Below the pieces are notes generated by a model. The model saw nothing but the letters and a program-made list of their open reading frames with translations. It was not told where the DNA came from and made no database searches. The position numbers were made by a program, and so were the translations under genes. 64,000 nucleotides of DNA, taken from positions 10,516-74,515 of the IMG/VR virus record IMGVR_UViG_3300017963_000254; one strand, written 5' to 3'. Positions 17,871-27,600 of the stretch are shown piece after piece; position 1 is the first letter of the stretch; each line of letters opens with the position of its first letter. This DNA is from a virus.

Positions 17871-19393
17871 TGATCAGCTACGAGCACGGGCGTTGGCGGT
17901 CGGTTCGGACTAATACCGAGAAGCTGAACGCCGCGCTTGAAGCCGTGCGTCAGCTGACGGTCGATGAGAGGGCCGCGTTAGGGATCGTCCTCGGCGAGTT
18001 CGAGGACACCGGCACCAGCCAGACAGCCGACGAAGCGGCCGAGTTCGAGTGGGAGGAGACGCCTCTCCCGATCGAGGAGTGGATCCTGTCTGAGTACCAC
18101 GTCGGCGAGACCGGTAAGGATCTCTACCCGATCCTACGCAAGGACATCTGCGAGCTGTTCCACGCGGGCGCACTCAAGAAGGGTGGCTACGCGGAGGCCG
18201 TGCTCTGCTTGCACCCAGACACGCGGGTGCCTCTTCTCGATGGGACTGCTCCTACGATCGCCGAGCTGGCAGAGCGCTGGCAGCGTGACTCGGTGCCGTT
18301 CTGGGTCTACTCCTACGTCAACGGAGAGCTGGGGCGGGCGCAGGCGGTCCAGCCCCGGCAGACCGGCGTGGACGACTACTACCAGGTAACCCTGGACGAC
18401 GGTTCGACGTTCATCGGGAACTCCAGACACCAGATGCTCCGGCGCACTGGCGAGAAGGTGATGATCCGGGACATGCGGCCCGGCGATTCGCTGATGCCAT
18501 TCGAGGTGAAGTTCTCATCGACGAGCGCCGGCGACGATTTGGACGGCTACGAGAAAACTCAGCTTCTGTCAGGAGAGTGGGCTTACACGCACCGACTCGT
18601 TGCCAAGGCATTGTGCGAGCAGGAAAGCGAGCGGCACAGTGTCGTTCACCATGAGGATCTGGACAAGCGCAACAACACACCAGAGAACCTCACGTGGATG
18701 AAGTGGCTCGATCACTTCAGGTTGCACCACCAGGAGCGGCGAGTAGACATCACGATTGATGCGATTCGCGCTACTGGTGCCGCGAGTCTACAGGAGGCGG
18801 CGGAGGCGCTTGAGTGTAGTTACTCACGCATTCGTTACGTGCTCCAGAAGAACGGCTACACGCAGACCGAGTTCTTCGGCAACCGGCGCGGCAGACGGCG
18901 CGGTAAAGACGACCTGACGATGGCTGCCGTGCGATTGGTGATCGAGGGTGGGGCGAGGACAGCCCGCGAAGCGGCCAAGCATCTTGATCGGGACCGCTCG
19001 ACGCTTCATCGGTTCCTGCGGGCACGCGGTACCACTTGGACGAAGCTGCTGCGCGGGCACGACAAGAAGCTCACGGTGGAGCGCGTGGTTGCTGCGATCC
19101 AGTCTGGTGCCGCCACTGTTACAGCGGCGGCGCACTCACTTGGTTGTTACAAGAGCACGATCTACAAGCTGCTCAACCGCGAGGGGCTTGAGTGGGCCGA
19201 ACTAGGCGGAGTGGTCGGCAATCACTTCGTCGTGAGTGTCGAGAAGATAGGAAGAGGTCCGGTCTACTGCTTGTCTGTTCCCGGCGCGGGGAACTTCGCC
19301 ATCAGCACTCAACACAGCGAGGAGGAAGAGGTCAGTCCCATCCATCGCTCTGGTGTTTTTTCGTCGAACACCGGAGCCATCGGATGGGGCTGA
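17870..19393 (+). CDS. terL: Terminase large subunit, 5' part (N-extein + intein + TGAIGWG), ending at an in-frame TGA
   Basis: After intein removal reads ...LYP...EAVL-TGAIGWG, a terminase Walker A lacking its Lys. Confidence 0.75.
   Translation: MISYEHGRWRSVRTNTEKLNAALEAVRQLTVDERAALGIVLGEFEDTGTSQTADEAAEFEWEETPLPIEEWILSEYHVGETGKDLYPILRKDICELFHAGALKKGGYAEAVLCLHPDTRVPLLDGTAPTIAELAERWQRDSVPFWVYSYVNGELGRAQAVQPRQTGVDDYYQVTLDDGSTFIGNSRHQMLRRTGEKVMIRDMRPGDSLMPFEVKFSSTSAGDDLDGYEKTQLLSGEWAYTHRLVAKALCEQESERHSVVHHEDLDKRNNTPENLTWMKWLDHFRLHHQERRVDITIDAIRATGAASLQEAAEALECSYSRIRYVLQKNGYTQTEFFGNRRGRRRGKDDLTMAAVRLVIEGGARTAREAAKHLDRDRSTLHRFLRARGTTWTKLLRGHDKKLTVERVVAAIQSGAATVTAAAHSLGCYKSTIYKLLNREGLEWAELGGVVGNHFVVSVEKIGRGPVYCLSVPGAGNFAISTQHSEEEEVSPIHRSGVFSSNTGAIGWG
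18206..19369 (+). mobile_element. Intein (388 aa) with HNH endonuclease and HTH repeats, in TerL
   Basis: Starts CLHPDTRVPLLDG; ends ...GVFSSN followed by Thr; internal 'YTHRLVA...VVHHEDLDKRNNTPENL' HNH motif. Confidence 0.85.
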
Positions 19394-19406
19394 CCTCGAA
19401 ATTCTC

Positions 19407-21077
19407 AAGGACTACTTCGCCACCTTCGCGACGATGCGTGTGCTCTACGAGCTGCTCTGTCTGAAGAACCCTCAGCACACGTTAGGGCTGGGCGCCGGCG
19501 AGCCCATTCACGTCGTCCCCATCTCTCGCACGGTCGCTCAGGCGAAGCGCGTCGTCTTCGGCGGCCTCTGCAAGAAGCTCAACCTCGCCGACTGGTTCCG
19601 TGGCAAGTTCGTCGAGACGATGGAGGAGGTCCGCTTCAAGGAGAAGGGCGTCTACATCGTCGGCGGCGCGTCACAGGATGCAAGCGCACTCGGGTTGAAC
19701 GTAATTTGTGCATTGGTTGATGAATCGAATTTCATGGGAGAAGGCAAAGTCGCTACAGGAAGCGCCAGCGGTGAGGCGTATGATAAAGCAACAATGATCT
19801 ACAACGCGCTCGCCCGGCGCGTGAAATCGCGCTACGAGCGACACGGAGTCTCCGGCCTGGTGTTCCTCATCTCGTCGAAGCGCTCGACGGAGGACTTCAC
19901 CGAGCGCCATCTGAAGCAGGCGATGAAGGACGACGACCCGACCGTCTTCGCCCGCGACTATGCGACATGGCACGTGCACCCCGAGCCGTTCGCGGACCAG
20001 AAGTGGCACAAGGTGATGGTGTCTCCGAAGAGCGGCAAGAGCAGGCTGCTCGAGGATGGCGAGGAAGTCGAGGAAGACGAGAACACGATCGTCTTCGAGT
20101 ATCCCGATGACTATCACGAGGAGTTCATCAACGACACGGACGGCGCGGTCCGCGACTTCGGTGGCATCGCGACCGACTTCGCCGGCAAGCTGTGGATCAC
20201 CAGGCGGCAGGCGATCGACGAGATGTTCGATCACGCCAGGCCGCAGTGGTTCGGTACCTCCGAGTGGAGGACCGACAGGATGCTGCGGTTCAACTGGAAG
20301 ATGTGCATGGGGGAGAACGTCGACAAGGAGCCGGTGCCGGCCTGTTGTCCTGGCTCGGTCCGCCACGTCCACATCGATCTCTCCACGAGCCAGTGCGCGA
20401 CCGGGTTCTGCATGGGGCATGTGGCCGGCTCGGTTCCGGTGACCCGGCGCGACCCGGAGACGGGCGAGCAGCGCCGCGAGGATGCGGTGGTGGTCCACAT
20501 CGACTGCATCCTGCGGATCGTGGCGCCAGACGGCGGCGATGTCGATCACGGCGAGGTGCGCAGCCTGGTCTACAAGCTGATGAAGGGCGGGGTCCCGATC
20601 CGGTCGGTCTCGATGGACCAGTACCTCGCCCCGTCCAACCTCCAGATGTTCAAACGCAAGGGGTTGCGCACCGAGGAGATCGGTGAGCGGCGCTTCAAGC
20701 TCAAGCCCTACATCGCGACCCGGCAGGCGCTCTACGAGGGCCGGGTGGTGGCTCCGGTCTCCGAGAACCTGGCGTCCGAGCTGAAGGTGCTCGAGCTGCA
20801 CCCGTCCGGCAAGAAGGTCATCGTCCCCGCGAAGCAGTCGAAGGATCTGGCGGACGCGCTGTGCGGCGTGGTCTACTACATCTCGGAGCACATGAGGGCC
20901 GGCGTCGTCCTCGCGCCGACTCTGGGAACGTCCGGGAGCGCACGGCCGGTCGGTCCTCAATGGAGTTCCGGCGGCCATGTCGACTGGGGCGACGATGACG
21001 ATTACGGTTACGATCCTCCGCTCACGTCCGATGGCTCTGGTGATGGGGGGTTCTCGTCGTGGATCATCCTCGGCTGA
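19407..21077 (+). CDS. terL: Terminase large subunit, 3' part (Walker A Lys onward, Walker B, nuclease domain); no own start codon at this point
   Basis: KDYFA...LYELLCLKNP, Walker B ALVDESNF, LISSKR, nuclease HVHIDLS and SKDLADALCG. Confidence 0.8.
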   Translation, partial: KDYFATFATMRVLYELLCLKNPQHTLGLGAGEPIHVVPISRTVAQAKRVVFGGLCKKLNLADWFRGKFVETMEEVRFKEKGVYIVGGASQDASALGLNVICALVDESNFMGEGKVATGSASGEAYDKATMIYNALARRVKSRYERHGVSGLVFLISSKRSTEDFTERHLKQAMKDDDPTVFARDYATWHVHPEPFADQKWHKVMVSPKSGKSRLLEDGEEVEEDENTIVFEYPDDYHEEFINDTDGAVRDFGGIATDFAGKLWITRRQAIDEMFDHARPQWFGTSEWRTDRMLRFNWKMCMGENVDKEPVPACCPGSVRHVHIDLSTSQCATGFCMGHVAGSVPVTRRDPETGEQRREDAVVVHIDCILRIVAPDGGDVDHGEVRSLVYKLMKGGVPIRSVSMDQYLAPSNLQMFKRKGLRTEEIGERRFKLKPYIATRQALYEGRVVAPVSENLASELKVLELHPSGKKVIVPAKQSKDLADALCGVVYYISEHMRAGVVLAPTLGTSGSARPVGPQWSSGGHVDWGDDDDYGYDPPLTSDGSGDGGFSSWIILG

Positions 21078-21349
21078 GTCGTAGGCCGCTCAAGACCTTG
21101 AGCGAGATCGCAACGACCCGCGAGCCCCACAAGGCCGACCGTCTGACCAACCGGATGCGGCGGCTCTCGGACAAGTTCGCGTCCCGCCGGTTCAACCGGG
21201 CCGGCTACAACCGGCAGGAGCGGACGAACTATCACAAGCGGATCCGCCAGTCCCAGGACAAGCGGCGGATGCACCCAGCTGACGCCTCCGGCAAGAAGCG
21301 CGTCGCGCCCGAGAAGCGCGCCGGCGCGGGCAGGCTCCGCCGTCGATGA
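21059..21349 (+). CDS. Small basic protein with RRPLKTL motif (start uncertain, possibly CTG 21074)
   Basis: Arg-rich ORF between terL and the NrdR-like gene. Confidence 0.5.
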   Translation: MDHPRLSRRPLKTLSEIATTREPHKADRLTNRMRRLSDKFASRRFNRAGYNRQERTNYHKRIRQSQDKRRMHPADASGKKRVAPEKRAGAGRLRRR

Positions 21350-21600
21350 GATGCCCTCGCTGCACGCACCACGGCTCGAAGGTCACCAAGACTACGCGTC
21401 CAATCGACGAGGGCTCGTTCGAGTTCGGTAACCTGAAGAAGCGCGAGCGCAAGTGTGGTGAGTGCAACGGCCGGTTCTTCACCTACGAGATCCACGAGGA
21501 TGCGTTTCGTAGAATGCTCACCCTTACCGAGGGTAAACCTGTCCGCCGGTCGCTCCGAACGGGGGGCAAGAAGCCGAGCTATCGAGCGTCGCACCTGTAG
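21346..21600 (+). CDS. NrdR-like Zn-ribbon protein lacking the ATP-cone
   Basis: MRCPRC...SKV...RERKCGECNGRFFTYE matches the NrdR N-terminal domain. Confidence 0.75.
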   Translation: MRCPRCTHHGSKVTKTTRPIDEGSFEFGNLKKRERKCGECNGRFFTYEIHEDAFRRMLTLTEGKPVRRSLRTGGKKPSYRASHL

Positions 21601-21607
21601 GGACAGC

Positions 21608-24600
21608 ATGAACTGGGCAACCCTGATCGAAGCCGACTGCGACAAGGACATCAAGATCAAGGATCCGACGCCGAAGCCGGAGGTCCAGGCGTCTCCGGTC
21701 ATCCTGGCGCGTGTCTCGACCACGATCATCAGCCGTCGCAAGGGTCTGGACGCCCAGCTGGCAAAGATGGCCAAGAAGAAGGCCAAGGCCGGCAAGGCGA
21801 AGACTGACAAGGCCAAGCACAAGGCCGACGTCGCGGTTGCGTGCGACGAGCTGCGCGTGAAGGCGCGCGCGGCCGACCTGGAGCTGGCGCTCAACAGGTG
21901 GAAGAACCTCGAGCCGATGGCCAAGAGCAACCTGGAGAAGTACCAAGGCCAGCGCGCGAACCTGGCTGCCAAGGGCAAGGATACCTCCAAGGTCGACGAG
22001 ACCATCGCGAGCATCGAGGCGTGGCTCCACTTCGGCGGCAAGCAGTCCGGCGCCGGCCAGGAGCACCTTGGCGGCTACAGCGATGAGAACTTCAAGCCCC
22101 CGCCGCTGGACAACGTCTCCTACGACTTCGGCAAGAACAAGGTGTTCGGGCCGAGCGGCGAGGAGTTCGATGTCGTCGCGCACGTCGCGGCCGAGAAGGA
22201 GAAGGCGGCGACCGCTACGGCAACGGCCGTGCTCGAGCCGCCGCCAGAGCCCAAGCCGGCGGAGCCGGTGGCGAAATCGGTGGATGCCCTGACGGCCTCC
22301 GAGCTGGCCGCGCTCAAGACCGATCTCAAGGCCGCCTACCTTGATGGTGTGAGCAAGGGAACCCTCAACCCGTTGCCGCACGATGTGTTCAAGAAGGCCG
22401 GTGTCGCTACACCCGTGGTCGGCTGGATGCTTCCGTCATCGAGCGAGACCGCCTCCAATCAGCTATGGACGTCCATCAAGGACGAGGTCGCGGTTTCCTC
22501 GCTCGACGATCTCGATATGGAGGAGGCGACGAAGCTGGTCTCGACGGCAATGAAGATCGTGTCGGACCAGATGAAGCTGGACGTGGCGGCCAGTAGCGCT
22601 TTCAAGAAGGTCACCGCCGTCAAGGCCATGCGGACCGCCAGCGCTGGCGTGATCGGCAAAGTTCTCGGCCTGAAGCCAGCGCTGGCGTTCATCGATCAGG
22701 CGCGTGACAAGTGGTACTCGGTACCGAAGCCGCTGCACGCCTACACGCCGAGCAAGCAATCTCAGATCAAAGGCATCGCGAAGTCGCTGGCGATTGAGTC
22801 CGCGTTTGCCGATCTCGGTCACGGGCCACTGGCGAGCAAGATAAAGGACAAGGCATCTACGGAGGGGCTGGGTCTATCGGCGGTAGCGGCTAGTGAGCTA
22901 TCCATGGACGCTGTGGTGTCCTACACCAACCTCGGCCTCGAGCAGCTCAACGCGGATCAGAAACAGGCCGTGATGGCGGTAGCCAAGAAGGCCGTCGACT
23001 CCGGCAAGAGCGTTCACGATGCGCTCAAGGCTGCCGGGATCGTCCACCTCAACAAGTCCGGGATGAAGCAGCTCCAGGACGAGGTGGGAGCGAAGCCTGA
23101 CGAGGCCGGCTTCCTGAAGGAGATCGAGGACGCGCTGGATTCGATCGCGCCGGGCGATGTGATTCCGCTCGAGCCGGCCGCCATCATCTCGCACATCGAC
23201 CAGTTCTGGGGGATGCCGTTCATCGGGTTGATGAGCAAGTACCACATCGAGAAGGTCAAGGGCACGAAGCTCGAGAACGACGTGAAGGCCAAGGCTCTCT
23301 ACGTCGTGCTCAAGCGGTGGAATCCCGAGAAGCTCATCCAGTTCGTTCACGACGAGTGGGACTTCGCGTTTGGCGATAAGGAGACCGCGCCTGGCGAGGG
23401 GTACGCGCTTCACTACGTGGATGGCGTCTTCACCATGAACACTCCATCCGTCGTCAAGCTCGGCGGATGGCCGGAGGCGATCAAAGAGATCACGAAGAAG
23501 CACCATCAGGAGTGGTTGGCCGAGAAAGCCTGGCCGCCGTGGAGCGCGAAGTGGGACAAGGATCACCCCACGGCTCCTACCCAGGATGACATCGACAACT
23601 TCGCCGATTGGGTCATCGCAGACCCGGAGTTCATACCGCCCGGTGTTATTCCCAGTGGTAGCGCACTGCACAACGCGGTGATCAAGTGGGCCGAGGATCA
23701 TCTTGGTGGTGACATGGGTCCCATCACGGATGCGATCCACAAGAAGTCTGAGACTGCGCCGATCGATATTAGCTCGGATGAGGAACTTGGCGCGGCCAGC
23801 ATCTCGATCAACGCGACGGAGACCGGCGACACCGAGCCGAAGCCGTTGCCGCAGAAGCCCGCACTACCGACCGTCTCGGGCAAGACGAAGGTCACGAAGA
23901 TCTCCAAGCCGCACCACCTGACCGGCGAGCAGAAGAAGCTCCTCGACGGATTGGTATCGGTGGCCATCGGCGGAGGTCTGCCGTTCACGAAGACCGGCGC
24001 GCTCAAGACCCAGCTGGGCTCAGTTGCCGGCGGCATCGCCAAGCAGTTCAAGGATGCCCATCTTGCGGCCGGCACCAAGCTCACGATCGGCAAGCCGCTC
24101 GTGCAGGCGGCGCTCGAGAAGGCGCTTGTCGGGATCAAGCACTCCGACTGGCTGGCATATGAGACCTACAAGGCGCTGTCGGCCGAGGTCATCTCGAGTG
24201 CGCTGACCAATTCTCAGCTCGCGGCCCTCGGAGATCTGGTCAACGAGTGCTTCACCCATGAGACCTATCAGAAGAAGGAGGGTGGCGGCTACTACGGCGG
24301 TCCGTTCAAGAACAAGAAGCAGAAGCAGCTCTTCAACGAGCTGATCTCCAAGTGCGAGGCGGTCGCGGCGGCCCCGACTGTGCCGGAGCAGGTGACAGGG
24401 CCGGCCGGAGCCGCCTACGGCGGGTCGATGTCCGTGGCCGAGCTGTTCGGCATGAGCAAGCCGGACTTGGACGAGTTCGCCAGCCTGGGGCTGGTCTCCG
24501 GGATGACGACGGCTCCTCCGATCGACAGCTCGTGGACCAGCTCGAGTAGTGATCTCGATGACAGCGGCGGTTCCCAGGGGAGCACCAAGAAGTTCCTGTC

Positions 24601-27600
24601 GGCCGCACTCGACGGCAAGAAGCACACCGGAGCTGGCGCCGCGCCGGCTCAGTTCCTCTTCAAGCACGACGGTTACCGAGCGCTCGGCGAGGCGGCTGCC
24701 AACCGGGTCCAGTCGCTTCTCGGTCTGGGAGGCGTCGGCACGAACAGCTACGTCATGTCGCGAGGCGGCAAGACCGGCTTCGTGCAGTTCTTCCGCGTCA
24801 CCAAGAACCTGCGGCACAAGTACGGTCACGGCGGTAAGCCGTGGCTGGGTCTTCCGGGGAGCGGCAAGGCCAACCCGCCCGAGGATGAGCGGAAGCGCCT
24901 GGCGCAGGGCCTTCAGCTGGCTCTCGTGGGCAACTGGCTGATCGACGACAAGGACGATCACGGCGGCAACTTCGTGTTCGACGAGTCCGATCAGATCACC
25001 GGGATCGACCACGGGCAGTGCTGCAAGTTCTTCGACTCGGGCGGTACTCTGCTCTCCCACTGGGACTGGTCTACCGGCAAGATCGCCAACAAGGATGGCA
25101 AGGCCACGCTCGAGGCCAACAAGGGGTGGCCGAAGCGGATGCTCTACGACTGGGCGGCCGGCGCTGACCTGGGTCCCGACCAGACCGCGATCCCTCTCCT
25201 GGCGCTGACAGACCCGGCGTTCGAGAAGATGATCCAGCGCGCCGAGGGCATTCCCGACGACGTCTACGACAAGATGTGGCGTCCATATGCCGAGGGAGCC
25301 GTGTCGGCCGCGCAACGGGACGGTGAGCAGCGGCTCTCGCGATACTCCCACAACCCGAAGGACAGGACGGTCGAAGGCTTCCTCGACGGGATGCAGAAGC
25401 GGCGCAAGTCGATCCGCAAGCAGGTCGCTGAGCTGTACTCGATGCTGGCGAAGAAGCGCGCACAGGCGCTCGCCGCGCACGGGGACACGAGACCCCTGGC
25501 CGAGATCGAGGCCGACGTCCGCGAGCAGCTCGGCTTAGACAAGTTCGCGGCCGGAGCGGTTACCGACAAGCAAGCGGCCAAGATGTCGCCGCTGGCCGAC
25601 GAGATCCAGGGCAGCGCTGACGCGCCCGGATGGGACGAGTCGAAGCTGCCCGAGTCATCTCACGTGCCGACGGCGGAGACGATCGCCGAGTGGGGCGTGA
25701 AGGGCTACGACATGGCCGTGGGCGGTGATGCCATCAAGGACGGTCGTGTCACGTTCCGACAGGTTGGCGAGATCCCGATGGTGGACTTCCGGCTGGACAA
25801 CCAGGCTCGCGCGGCGTTGCAGTCCCGTCTGCCCGGGTATTCGGGTGGGTCCACTGCGCCGCCCAAGCCGGCAGAGCCGTACTTGCCGCCGTTCACGCCT
25901 CCACCCAAGCCTACGTTCAACCAGTCGAACGAGTCTCTGGGAATGCAAGCGCTGACCGGTGGCGATCCAGGCGGCATGACCGGGCTCGCCAAGGGCGGCG
26001 TCACCGGAGATAACTGGACGAAGGTCGAGAAGTACGTCAGCAAGCACTACCTGCTGGATGGCGGGCCGGTCAAGCAGCCGAAGGGTTCGGTCTACTGGCT
26101 GAAGGGGCTGAAGGCCAGCCGCGATATGAAGCTGAGCGCGGATCCGGTAGTTGCGGCGGCCGGAGCGCACTACGAGAAGGAGCTGCTGAAGTTCGGCGAG
26201 GAGGGCGGCGAGGACGGGTTCGTGTTCAAGGCCAAGGACGATGTGCCAGAGGCCGATCGTACGATCACGCCGTTCAAGCTGACGCCGGAGCTGAAGAAGC
26301 TCCAAGACGCGGCGAAGGCAGATGTCGAGGCAGCGCACGCGAAGTCTGTCGAGGAGGCTAAGGCGGCGCACGAGAAGGAGGTGGAGGGGATCAAGGACAA
26401 GCACGCCGCAGCGATGGTCGTGTGGCAGGAGAAGTATGACGCCTGGAGCAGTGGGGGAGAGGCGGCAAGCGTCATCAAGGACGCCGTCAAGTACCCTCGG
26501 CCCCAGCAGCCGATCGGCGCGAAGCAGGAATCTGCCGGCGGTAAGGCTGGAGGAGGCTCGAAGTGGGACGGGTCGTGGGGCAACGCCTGGTACGCCGGAG
26601 GATCCGCTTACGAGATCGATCTGACGGATGCTGTAACACAGCTGGGCGGAGTCGCGACGGGCGAGAAGGATAGCCGTTTCGTGATTCGCTACAACACCGG
26701 AAAGACGGCGGACGTCGATCCTAAGTCGGTGTCACAGAGCACAGCCGGGCTGCCCACCTTCTCCGGTAAGACCACCATTCAGTTCCCAAAGGGGTCGAAC
26801 AAGGAGCAGATGCGCGCCATGATGAAGCGCGCGTTCGAGGTATTGGGCATCGACGCGCGGCCGGCCTCGGAAGAGGACCACGAGCTGAACTATGTGCGCA
26901 AGATGGCCTGGCTCCTCGGTATCGAGGGCGCGCACGGGACGGCGGTGAGCGGCGGCGCGGATGCTCGGTGGCACAAGGTCGAGCCGGCCGGTGGCACCCG
27001 CAGGGAGCGCATCGACTTCTGGATCGGCAAGCTCAAGAAGAAGGTCGGCTACGATCCGCGATATGCTCCGCAGCTGGCGAAGAACGGGACACCCAAGACG
27101 GTACCGGGCAGCCACGGCAAGGTGATGATGCAGGGAGACGGCAAGGTGCCGAATCCCGCGTGGCGTCCACAGGCCAAGCGTGTTGCGAATCGCGTCGCCC
27201 ACCGGCGGTTCGATTACACCGACGAGGCAATGATCCACCAGCTCTCGCTGGCCGATCCGCATGTTCCGGTGCAGCAGTCGAGCGACCGGCTCGGCAAGAT
27301 CCTCCAGGGCACGATGATGTCGTCGGCCGAGCGCACGGCGAACGGTATTCTGACGCCGTCCGGTGGTACAGAAGGCTCGGCCAGCGCCGACGCGGCGACT
27401 GGTGGAGGGCTTTCGGTGTTCCTCTACAACCGAAAGGTCAGTACTCACCACGTCATGGGCACAATGGGCAGAGTGGAGACGCGGATGGTGTTCCACCCGT
27501 CCATTCACCTGTACACGAACACCTACGCCGTGCCCGGCGATTCCTACGGCTCGAAGGTCTCCAAGAGCTGGACCGAAAAACGGCACAGGTCGCTGGACGA

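Noticed and set aside
19385-19410. Simple +1 frameshift at TGG GGC TGA
   Set aside because: It would place extra residues ((A)DLEIL) between Gly and Lys of the P-loop, which is unlikely to give an active ATPase.
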